A stretch of DNA of 24,000 nucleotides from Apilactobacillus micheneri (GTDB lineage Bacteria > Bacillota > Bacilli > Lactobacillales > Lactobacillaceae), in contig NZ_POSO01000003.1 of the NCBI RefSeq assembly GCF_002993975.1, positions 46,285 through 70,284 on the forward strand. The letters are read 5' to 3'. Positions within the stretch are counted from its first letter, which is position 1. Each line of letters starts with the position of its first letter. This document shows positions 16,829-24,000 of this stretch, piece after piece. The notes under the pieces were generated by a model, which was given only the letters and a program-made list of their open reading frames with translations, had not been told where the DNA came from and did not search any database. The position numbers and the translations under genes are program-made.

Positions 16829-18363
16829 TTGTAAAAAAAGACGATAAAGTTGATAATGTGAATGGTAAAAATAAATGGATATCTCTTAAATGGAAATGGT
16901 CTATTGGTTCTGCCATCATAATTTTCTTAATTTTATCTATTTTTTCTTTCTTAATCTATAATAGATTTTCTGATGTTTTATTGAATCAAGAATCAGTTCA
17001 TACTAGTGAAACTTTAAGTGCTTTGTCTGGAAAACTAACAGGATTTAATGATAACCTTTCAGAAAAAGAAGTTATAAGCATACTTAGTCCTCGTAATGAA
17101 AATATTAATAAATCTAAGAACGAAGATGGAGTTCATTCAAATTCTTTATTTAGTAGTATTTCCAGAGATGACATAATAGTTAATGTTTTTGATAAAGATG
17201 CTAATCCTATCTTTTTTTCTAAACAAACCGAAAAGAAATTTATGAAAATTGGTCATATAAATAGTAAAATTGATAAAAATAGTATTTATAATAACAATTA
17301 TTCATTAATTGAAGAAATACCAATCTATTCTAAAAAGACTGGTAACAAGATAGGTTATTTAAGGGTCATCAATAATTTAGTTGATTATCACATTTATACT
17401 AAAAAATTAATGATAATATTAATTGTAATATTGTTATTAGGTGTGTTTTTTGCTTCATTATTATCATATGTATTAGCTGCATATATGTTAAGGCCAATTA
17501 AAATGATTTCTGATACGATAAGTAGTGTAAACGATTCACCAGAGACAAATGTTAGGGTACCTAGGCTTAATCAAAATGATGAGTTAACTGATCTGGGAAA
17601 TATTTTTAATGATATGCTTGATACTATGCAACGTTATATTGATCAACAACAACAATTTGTTGAAGATGTGTCTCATGAATTGAGAACTCCAGTTGCCGTT
17701 ATTCAAGGGCATTTAAAAATGTTATCTAGATGGGGTAAAGATGATCCTGAAATTTTAGATGAATCTATTCAATCTTCAATTGATGAAATTAATCGTATGA
17801 AAAGTTTGGTTCAAGAAATGCTTGATCTCTCAAGAGCTGAACAAGTCGAAATTAATTATAATAACAAATTAACTGATGTTCAGGATATTGTTCATCAAGA
17901 ATTTAATGATTTTAAAATGATTCATCCAGATTATACTTTTAACTTAGATGATGATATTGATAAGGAAACTATTATTCAAATTTATCGTAACCATTTAGAA
18001 CAAATCCTTATTATCTTATTGGATAATGCAGTTAAATATTCAAAAGATCGTAAAGAAGTCCATATTTCATTATCTAGAAAATACCGGTATGTTGATATTG
18101 CCGTTCAAGATTTTGGTGAGGGTATTAGTCAAGACAGTGTTAATAAAATTTTTAATCGATTTTATCGTGTTGACAAGGCCAGAAGCCGTAATCAAGGTGG
18201 CAACGGTTTAGGATTATCTATTGCTAAAAGATTGGTAGAAGCTTATCATGGAAAAATTTCTGTAGAAAGTTCTGCCGGATATGGTTCAATATTTACAATT
18301 TCATTTCCTTTGTTAAGCAAAGAAAAAATTGAACATATTAAAGAATTAGATGATAAAAAATAA
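16825..18363 (+). CDS. Sensor histidine kinase (two TM segments, extracytoplasmic loop, HAMP, HisKA, HATPase)
   Basis: ATGA overlap with the regulator stop. TM segments IGSAIIIFLILSIFSFLIY and LMIILIVILLLGVFFASLLSYVLAAYML. H-box SHELRTP, N-box LLDNAVKYS, G1 DFGEGI and G2 GGNGLGLSIA. Confidence 0.92.
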   Translation: MIVKKDDKVDNVNGKNKWISLKWKWSIGSAIIIFLILSIFSFLIYNRFSDVLLNQESVHTSETLSALSGKLTGFNDNLSEKEVISILSPRNENINKSKNEDGVHSNSLFSSISRDDIIVNVFDKDANPIFFSKQTEKKFMKIGHINSKIDKNSIYNNNYSLIEEIPIYSKKTGNKIGYLRVINNLVDYHIYTKKLMIILIVILLLGVFFASLLSYVLAAYMLRPIKMISDTISSVNDSPETNVRVPRLNQNDELTDLGNIFNDMLDTMQRYIDQQQQFVEDVSHELRTPVAVIQGHLKMLSRWGKDDPEILDESIQSSIDEINRMKSLVQEMLDLSRAEQVEINYNNKLTDVQDIVHQEFNDFKMIHPDYTFNLDDDIDKETIIQIYRNHLEQILIILLDNAVKYSKDRKEVHISLSRKYRYVDIAVQDFGEGISQDSVNKIFNRFYRVDKARSRNQGGNGLGLSIAKRLVEAYHGKISVESSAGYGSIFTISFPLLSKEKIEHIKELDDKK

Positions 18364-18374
18364 TAACTTAAAAT

Positions 18375-18415
18375 AAAAGGACTATTACTAATATTAGTAA
18401 TAGTCCTTTTATTTT
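18375..18415. terminator. Bidirectional intrinsic terminator shared by the kinase gene (+) and yidC (-)
   Basis: Perfect 16-bp stem AAAAGGACTATTACTA (18375-18390) with TAGTAATAGTCCTTTT (18395-18410) and a 4-nt loop. A-tract on the 5' side and T-tract on the 3' side. Confidence 0.88.
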
Positions 18416-18419
18416 ATAA

Positions 18420-19355
18420 TTAATGTTTATTATTTTGTTTTCCAGAATTTCGCTTTCTCAAGTCAGTATCTTTTTTGTTTTCAATGACCCTTTCTTGAGA
18501 ATCATCCTTTACAGATGTTGAATCTTCTTCTGTAATGTCGTGAATTTCTTGCTTTTCTTGATCTGCCTGTTCTTTAGCTTGTGCCGCCACTTCTTTTTTA
18601 ATTTTTGGACGGTACAAGTTAATAATCAGAGTTTGAATACATGCAAATATACCACTTACAAAGAAGTAAAATCCTAGTCCTGCAGGGGCACTAAAAGTAA
18701 TTAATGCAATCATAACAGGAGTGATATATGACATCATTTTCATTTGTTTCTTTTGATCTTCAGGTAAACCTAGTGTCATTAGGTATCCTTGAATAATATA
18801 AGCAACAAATGAAAGGGCAACTAAGATTAAACTTTTATCTCCTAATTTAATACCTAAAAACATTGTATGTGATACTTCTGGTGAAAAACGAATACCATTA
18901 TATAATGCAATATAAATTGGCATTTGAATTATTAGTGGTAAACAACCAATTCCACCAGTCATACTAATATTATTATTTCTATACAGTTGCATCATTTCTT
19001 GTTGAATTTGCATCTGTTCTTCTTTAGTCTTAGCATTTCTTTGACGTTCTTGAATCTTTTTCATTTGTGGTCTAACAAAACTCATTTTCTCTTGCATCAT
19101 AGTAGACTTTTTCATCTGACTGATCATAGCGGGTAATAAAATCATTCTAACAATTATTGTTAAAAGAATAATTGCCCATCCATATCCACCAACAAACTTT
19201 GCCATAAAATCCAAAATGTGTTGAGCAGGTAATGCTAAATATTCATATGTTAGTCCATATGGTTTACCAGACCCATCTTGTCTAACACAACCAGTTAATG
19301 TTAATGCTGCAAGACCAACAAATGAAAGAACGCTGTATTTCTTTAAATTCTTCAT
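18420..19355 (-). CDS. yidC: Membrane protein insertase YidC (lipoprotein, YidC2-type with extended charged C-terminal tail)
   Basis: Signal peptide with lipobox LTLTGC. Multiple TM segments and conserved core (...GCLPLIIQMPIYIALY...). A 63-aa charged tail follows the last TM: RPKIKKEV...LRKRNSGKQNNKH. Confidence 0.9.
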   Translation of the reverse strand: MKNLKKYSVLSFVGLAALTLTGCVRQDGSGKPYGLTYEYLALPAQHILDFMAKFVGGYGWAIILLTIIVRMILLPAMISQMKKSTMMQEKMSFVRPQMKKIQERQRNAKTKEEQMQIQQEMMQLYRNNNISMTGGIGCLPLIIQMPIYIALYNGIRFSPEVSHTMFLGIKLGDKSLILVALSFVAYIIQGYLMTLGLPEDQKKQMKMMSYITPVMIALITFSAPAGLGFYFFVSGIFACIQTLIINLYRPKIKKEVAAQAKEQADQEKQEIHDITEEDSTSVKDDSQERVIENKKDTDLRKRNSGKQNNKH

Positions 19356-19415
19356 TTATAAAAACCTTTCCTAACTTTTTTCATTTACTAATAATACCAG
19401 AAATGTGTTACTAAA

Positions 19416-19685
19416 TTAAATTTTAATTGAAAAAGTTTTATATTCTTTATAATTCAATAAAGTATAATCTATATTGCTTATTTTAATAAAAGGATTATTT
19501 AATGATTTTATACCATTTATAAAATTGTTCACATCTTCAATATTAGCCACAATTTTCACTGATCCCTCTGAAAGATTTTGTACATAGCCTTTGACATTAA
19601 TTTTATCTGTCCAAGTTTTTGTTGACCATCTAAAACCAACGCCTTGAACTTTTCCTTTTATTATAAATTTAACGGTTTGTTTCAT
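19416..19685 (-). CDS. acyP: Acylphosphatase
   Basis: 89 aa with the acylphosphatase signature IKGKVQGVGFRWST...GYVQNLSEGSVKIV. Confidence 0.85.
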   Translation of the reverse strand: MKQTVKFIIKGKVQGVGFRWSTKTWTDKINVKGYVQNLSEGSVKIVANIEDVNNFINGIKSLNNPFIKISNIDYTLLNYKEYKTFSIKI

Positions 19686-19785
19686 AAATTATTACCTCAC
19701 TTTTTGCAATCATTTATATATTATTATAGTATTGTGATAAAATAATATGAATAAGTTACTATATTAAAAGGGGCTAATCCTTACT

Positions 19786-20556
19786 ATGGAAAAAATAGTT
19801 TCTGTTAAAAATGACAGAATAAAAGCTTGGAAAAAATTAAATAATAAAAAGGGCAGAGAAAAACAATCTGCTTATCTTCTTGAAAGTTGGCATTTAGTAA
19901 ATGAAGCATTAAATGCCAATCAAGATATAAAAGTAATATTAACAACAACAAAACAATTGTCTCTACATCAAAATGAACTATCACAATACAATGGTGAGTT
20001 AATAGAAATAAACGATGAAGTGGCTAATCATTTAGGATCAACTATCACTCCACAAGGAATTTTTGCGATTGTAGGGCTTCCTAGTAAAGAAGATATTAAT
20101 GAAAATAATATTAATGGATCCTGGTTATTGTTGGATAATATACAAGATCCAGGTAATATTGGAACGATGGTTAGAACAGCAGATGCTGCTGGTATGAGTG
20201 GTGTTATTTTTGGTAAGGGAACATCTAGTCAATTTAATCCTAAAGTTTTAAGATCTATGCAAGGAAGTCAATTTCATTTAAAAATAATTGAAGGTAATTT
20301 ACAATATTGGATAGATATATTAAAAAATAAAAACTATCAAGTTTATGGTAGTGAATTAAACGAAAACGCTTTTATTTACAGTGAAATTGTTCCTAGTGAG
20401 AATTTTGCATTAATTATGGGAAATGAAGGAAATGGTATGCAAGATGATCTACTTAAAATAACAGATAAAAATTTATATATTCCTATTAAGGGAAACGCGG
20501 AATCATTAAATGTCGCTATTGCATCTGGCATATTAATGTTTCATTTAAAAAAATAA
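19786..20556 (+). CDS. TrmH/SpoU-family RNA 2'-O-methyltransferase (YsgA/RlmB-like)
   Basis: SpoU motifs LLLDNIQDPGNIGTMVRTADAAG, ALIMGNEGNGM and IPIKGNAESLNVAIASGILMF. It has an N-terminal substrate-binding-like extension. Confidence 0.88.
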   Translation: MEKIVSVKNDRIKAWKKLNNKKGREKQSAYLLESWHLVNEALNANQDIKVILTTTKQLSLHQNELSQYNGELIEINDEVANHLGSTITPQGIFAIVGLPSKEDINENNINGSWLLLDNIQDPGNIGTMVRTADAAGMSGVIFGKGTSSQFNPKVLRSMQGSQFHLKIIEGNLQYWIDILKNKNYQVYGSELNENAFIYSEIVPSENFALIMGNEGNGMQDDLLKITDKNLYIPIKGNAESLNVAIASGILMFHLKK

Positions 20557-20580
20557 TTTTAAATAAGGGAGATACTTTGC

Positions 20581-21072
20581 ATGAATACAAAAGCATGGAA
20601 AAATGATAAAGTTTATATGTCTTATGTTTCTGACTTATTGAATTCATCAATGGTAAAAGAGCTGTCTAATTATACTCAGCATCATTCATCTACTAGATTA
20701 AAGCATTGTATTGATGTTTCTTATGAAAGTTATCAAATCGCAAAGAACTTTAATTTAGATGCTAAGTCAACTGCTAGAGCAGGATTATTACATGATTTAT
20801 TTTATTATGATTGGAGAACCGATAAATTTCATTTAGGTTCACATGCATATATGCATCCTAGAATTGCTTTACGTAATGCTGAAAAGATAACTAGCTTAAA
20901 TGACAAGGAAAAAGATATTATTATTAAGCACATGTGGGGACTTACTTTAAGTAAACCCAAGTATGCTGAAAGTGTTATTGTTTCTTTAGTCGATGATTAT
21001 GATGCTGTTAGAGAATATTTTGCACCTAAATATAGGAACATTAAGCAAATATTTAGTACTAAAAGTTTGTAA
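20581..21072 (+). CDS. HD-domain phosphohydrolase, function unknown
   Basis: 163 aa with RLKHCIDVSYES...GLLHDLFYYDW (H...HD metal-binding pattern). GGGAG Shine-Dalgarno upstream. Confidence 0.75.
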   Translation: MNTKAWKNDKVYMSYVSDLLNSSMVKELSNYTQHHSSTRLKHCIDVSYESYQIAKNFNLDAKSTARAGLLHDLFYYDWRTDKFHLGSHAYMHPRIALRNAEKITSLNDKEKDIIIKHMWGLTLSKPKYAESVIVSLVDDYDAVREYFAPKYRNIKQIFSTKSL

Positions 21073-21084
21073 GGGGTAATAATA

Positions 21085-21426
21085 TTGGAATCAAGTAAAG
21101 AATTACAGTCAGAACTTGACTGTAATCTATGTCCAAAATTTGAAAAAACTTTTTCTATTCTAGGTAAAAAATGGAATGGATTAATTATAGAAACATTATT
21201 AGTTAATGGTCCTCAAAGATTTAAGACGATTGCTAAAACTATTGATAAATGTAGTGATCGTGTTTTAGTTGAAAGACTTAGAGAACTAGAAAAAGATAAC
21301 ATTGTATCTAGAAATACTTTTAAGGATTCATCGTTAATTCAATATGAATTAACGAAAAGGGGTAAAGAATTAGAACCTATTATGTATGAAATCCACAAAT
21401 GGTCAGATAAATGGTATAAATTATAA
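21085..21426 (+). CDS. HxlR-family winged-helix transcriptional regulator (TTG start)
   Basis: CPKFEKTFSILGKKWNGLIIETLL...RFKTIAKTI...SDRVLVERLRELEKDNIVSR is the typical HxlR/YodB-type pattern. TTG 21085 lies 8 nt after AAGGGG. Confidence 0.85.
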   Translation: MESSKELQSELDCNLCPKFEKTFSILGKKWNGLIIETLLVNGPQRFKTIAKTIDKCSDRVLVERLRELEKDNIVSRNTFKDSSLIQYELTKRGKELEPIMYEIHKWSDKWYKL

Positions 21427-21434
21427 AACTTATC

Positions 21435-21463
21435 TTGACCGGAGTTTTAAATTGCATTATTAT
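21435..21463 (+). promoter_or_regulatory. Sigma-A promoter for the pheST leader
   Basis: TTGACC at 21435-21440, a 17-nt spacer, then TATTAT at 21458-21463. Confidence 0.55.
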
Positions 21464-21469
21464 TTTAAA

Positions 21470-21704
21470 TAAGAGTGACGAAGAAAAAGTAGTAGACTAA
21501 TATTCACAGGAAGATTGTGTATACTGAGATCAATCAATAGATTAGTTGAATTCATTTTCTGAGCTGATATTGGGAGTTATTAATAACAAAAATTATCCGG
21601 TTAATTGCCGTTATGAAGATTGAGTGTATGAATTTATTCTGATATTTTCATAAACTAGGGTGGTACCGCGAAGCTTCGTCCCTTATGGGATGGAGCTTTT
21701 TTTA
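21470..21704 (+). promoter_or_regulatory. T-box riboswitch leader (phenylalanine) with intrinsic terminator
   Basis: T-box motif AAACTAGGGTGGTACCGCG at 21652-21670. F-box CCGTTA at 21608-21613. AGTA-like element and GA motif near the 5' end. Specifier GAA-TTC-A with TTC at 21551-21553. Terminator stem AAGCTTCGTCCC (21671-21682) pairs with GGGATGGAGCTT (21687-21698), followed by a T run. Confidence 0.92.
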
Positions 21705-21723
21705 TGTATGAAGGGAGAAATTT

Positions 21724-22764
21724 ATGAGTTTAAAAGATGATTTGACCAAATTACGTGATGATGGTCTAAAAAATATTAAAAATGCAACTGATGTCAAAAA
21801 AATGAACGATGAAATAAAAGTTCATTTATTAGGTAAGAAGGGCCTTATTACTAAAGCTTTAAGAGGAATTAAAGATTTACCAGTTGAAGAACGTCCAAAA
21901 GTGGGTAGTTATTCTAATAAGATTCGTGATGATATTCAAACTGCTTTAGATAAGAAGCAAGAAGAGTTAGAAACTATTGCTTTGAACAAGAAGCTAGCAT
22001 CAGAAAAAATTGATGTCACACTACCTGGGGATTCCGTAGCCAAAGGTCATCCACACGTTATTCAATCAATTATTGATGAAATCTCTGATATGTTCATGGG
22101 TATGGGTTATGAAGTGTTAAGTGGACCAGAAGTTGAAGAAGATAAATATAACTTCGAAATGATGAATTTACCTAAAAATCATCCCGCTAGAGATATGCAA
22201 GATACTTTTTACATTACTAAAGATATTTTGATGAGAACACAAACCTCTCCAATGCAAGCTAGAACTTTAGAAAAACATGATTTTTCTAAAGGACCTTTAA
22301 AGATGATTTCTCCTGGAGTTGTTTATCGCCGTGATACTGATGATCCTACTCATTCCCATCAATTCCATCAAGTTGAAGGAATTGTAATTGATAAACATAT
22401 TACAATGGCTGATTTAAAGGGTACTTTAGAATATTTATTACATCAATTATTTGGTGATAAATATGATATTAGACTAAGACCTAGTTACTTCCCATTCACT
22501 GAACCATCAGTTGAAGCTGATGTTACATGTTTTAAATGTAATGGTAAGGGTTGTGAAGTATGTAAGCATACTGGATGGATTGAAGTGTTAGGTGCTGGAA
22601 TGGTTCATCCTAATGTTCTAAAAATGGCTGGTGTTGATGCTGAGTCCTATGGTGGATTTGCATTTGGTTTAGGCCCAGATCGTTTTGCAATGTTGAAATA
22701 CGGTGTTGACGACATTCGTGATTTCTATCTAAATGATGTACGTTTCTTATCACAATTTAATTAA
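21724..22764 (+). CDS. pheS: Phenylalanine--tRNA ligase alpha subunit
   Basis: 346 aa. Class II motifs include [34 protein letters not shown] and [19 protein letters not shown] Shine-Dalgarno upstream. Preceded by a Phe T-box. Confidence 0.97.
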   Translation: MSLKDDLTKLRDDGLKNIKNATDVKKMNDEIKVHLLGKKGLITKALRGIKDLPVEERPKVGSYSNKIRDDIQTALDKKQEELETIALNKKLASEKIDVTLPGDSVAKGHPHVIQSIIDEISDMFMGMGYEVLSGPEVEEDKYNFEMMNLPKNHPARDMQDTFYITKDILMRTQTSPMQARTLEKHDFSKGPLKMISPGVVYRRDTDDPTHSHQFHQVEGIVIDKHITMADLKGTLEYLLHQLFGDKYDIRLRPSYFPFTEPSVEADVTCFKCNGKGCEVCKHTGWIEVLGAGMVHPNVLKMAGVDAESYGGFAFGLGPDRFAMLKYGVDDIRDFYLNDVRFLSQFN

Positions 22765-22776
22765 GGAGAATTTTAT

Positions 22777-24000
22777 ATGCGAGTATCTTATAAATGGCTT
22801 AAGGAATATATTGACTTAGATATTCCAGTTGATGAATTAGCCGAAAAAATTGAACGTTCTTCTGTTGAAGTTGATTCTGTTATAAAACCTAGTGAAGGAC
22901 TTAAAAAAATTGTTGTTGGACAAATTTTGAACTTAGAAGACCATCCTGATTCTGATCATTTACATATTTGTCAAGTTGATGTGGGTGATGATGAACCAGT
23001 ACAAATTGTTTGTGGTGCTCCTAATGTTGAAAAAGGTAAAAAGGTAATAGTTGCATTATCAGGTGCTCGTATTGCCGACAATATTAAAATTAAAAAATCT
23101 AAGATGCGTGGCATCCAATCAAACGGAATGTTATGTGCATTAGATGAAATTGGTTATCCAAAAGATGTTGTGCCTAAAGAATGGGCTGATGGAATTTACT
23201 TTTTACCTGAAGATGCTAAGGTTGGTAACGATGTGTACAAATATATAGGGATGGATGATGAATTAATAGATTTAGACGTTACTCCTAATCGTGGTGACAT
23301 GTTAAGCATGTATGGTACTATTCATGATTTATCAGCCATTTATAATAAGCCAGCTAAGTTCGACAATGTGAAAGTTCAAAAAACTTCTGGGAAAAAGACC
23401 GCTGATCAAATTAGTAGTGATGTTGACAGCCAAATTGCTTTAACATATAAAAATCGTATTGTTAATAATGTTGAAATTAAGCCAAGCCCACTATGGTTAC
23501 AAATCTGTTTGTGGAATGCTGGTATTAAACCAATTAATAACATTATTGATATTACTAATTATCTAATGCTTAAATTTGGTCAACCTATGCATGCATATGA
23601 TTTAGATAAATTACATGGCAATAATATTTCTGTTAGAAATGCTAAAAAGGGTGAAAAAATTACTACTTTAGCTGAAGATGAAGTGGACTTAGACGAAAAT
23701 GATATTGTGGTTGCCGATGATCGCCCAATTGCATTAGCCGGGGTTATTGGTGGAATTGATACCTCAATTACTAACGATACTAAAAACGTATTATTTGAAT
23801 GTGCAGTGTTTGATCCAATTAAAGTTAGAAAAATGGCTCGTAAACATGTTATCCACACTGAAGCTTCACAAAGATTTGAACGTGGTATTAATCGTGGCGG
23901 TCTAGATGAAGTAATGGAAAATGCTTGTCAAATGAGTAATGAGTTGGCTAATGGTGAAGTTTGTGATGATACTTTAAACGGTAGTGAATTTAATGCTCAA
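22777..24000 (+). CDS. pheT: Phenylalanine--tRNA ligase beta subunit (3' part lies outside the window)
   Basis: Not in the ORF track because there is no stop inside the window. ATG 22777 follows AAGGAG. MRVSYKWLKEYIDLDIPVDELAEKIERSSVEVDSV... continues through the tRNA-binding OB domain (HPDSDHLHICQVDVG) and the B3/B4 region (TPNRGDMLSMYG). I read 408 codons to nt 24000 and saw no stop. Confidence 0.95.
   Translation, partial: MRVSYKWLKEYIDLDIPVDELAEKIERSSVEVDSVIKPSEGLKKIVVGQILNLEDHPDSDHLHICQVDVGDDEPVQIVCGAPNVEKGKKVIVALSGARIADNIKIKKSKMRGIQSNGMLCALDEIGYPKDVVPKEWADGIYFLPEDAKVGNDVYKYIGMDDELIDLDVTPNRGDMLSMYGTIHDLSAIYNKPAKFDNVKVQKTSGKKTADQISSDVDSQIALTYKNRIVNNVEIKPSPLWLQICLWNAGIKPINNIIDITNYLMLKFGQPMHAYDLDKLHGNNISVRNAKKGEKITTLAEDEVDLDENDIVVADDRPIALAGVIGGIDTSITNDTKNVLFECAVFDPIKVRKMARKHVIHTEASQRFERGINRGGLDEVMENACQMSNELANGEVCDDTLNGSEFNAQ

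Noticed and set aside
14886-18363. adh plus the two-component system as a horizontally acquired genomic island.
   Set aside because: There are no mobility genes, flanking direct repeats or tRNA target. Codon and base composition do not look different from neighbouring genes by eye, though this was not computed.
19356-19415. MifM-like translational-arrest leader peptide upstream of the YidC2-type gene.
   Set aside because: The 60-nt spacer holds no ORF with a Shine-Dalgarno. The upstream gene is a canonical acylphosphatase, not a small membrane-anchored arrest peptide.
23849-23857. Perfect DnaA-box 9-mer TTATCCACA inside pheT.
   Set aside because: It is a single isolated box inside a coding region, with no cluster, AT-rich unwinding element or dnaA/dnaN context. 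A lone 9-mer match in 24 kb read on both strands is compatible with chance.
1-24000. Scan for CRISPR arrays, tandem repeats, IS elements, prophage, toxin-antitoxin or defence genes, and tRNA/rRNA genes.
   Set aside because: I recognised none by eye. Every intergenic gap longer than 60 nt is accounted for by a promoter, leader RNA or terminator, apart from the 15903-16141 divergent region described in the findings. A manual scan cannot exclude short dispersed repeats.

Overview
This window looks like ordinary housekeeping chromosome from a very AT-rich member of the Bacilli. Gene order and protein sequences look Lactobacillaceae-like, but that is inferred by eye and no search was run.

Gene content, in order:
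- Plus strand: polA (3' end), mutM, coaE, nrdR, dnaB, dnaI, T-box leader, thrS, L20 leader, infC, rpmI, rplT.
- Plus strand, continued: the yqeG-yqeH-yhbY-nadD-yqeK-rsfS-methyltransferase cluster, then tmcAL, a DUF177 (YceD/YlbN) gene and rpmF.
- A minus-strand zinc alcohol dehydrogenase, followed by a plus-strand OmpR-type response regulator and histidine kinase.
- Minus strand: yidC and acyP.
- Plus strand: a TrmH-family methyltransferase, an HD-domain protein, an HxlR regulator, T-box leader, pheS, and pheT (open to the window end).

I saw no CRISPR array, transposase, integrase, phage gene, tRNA or rRNA gene, or defence-like gene. I found no convincing evidence of a novel biological system here.

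Points worth a second look:
1. Two conserved genes (rplT and tmcAL) are broken by single-base homopolymer indels. These are most likely assembly errors.
2. infC probably starts at a non-AUG codon (ATA or ATT).
3. Three cis-regulatory RNA leaders (thrS T-box, pheS T-box, L20 leader) have terminator/antiterminator logic readable in the sequence.
4. A 41-nt imperfect palindrome overlaps the likely promoter of the two-component system.
5. The YidC is a YidC2-type lipoprotein insertase with a 63-residue charged tail.

rpmF (59 aa, TTG start) and pheT (no stop inside the window) are absent from the supplied ORF track and were found by reading the sequence.
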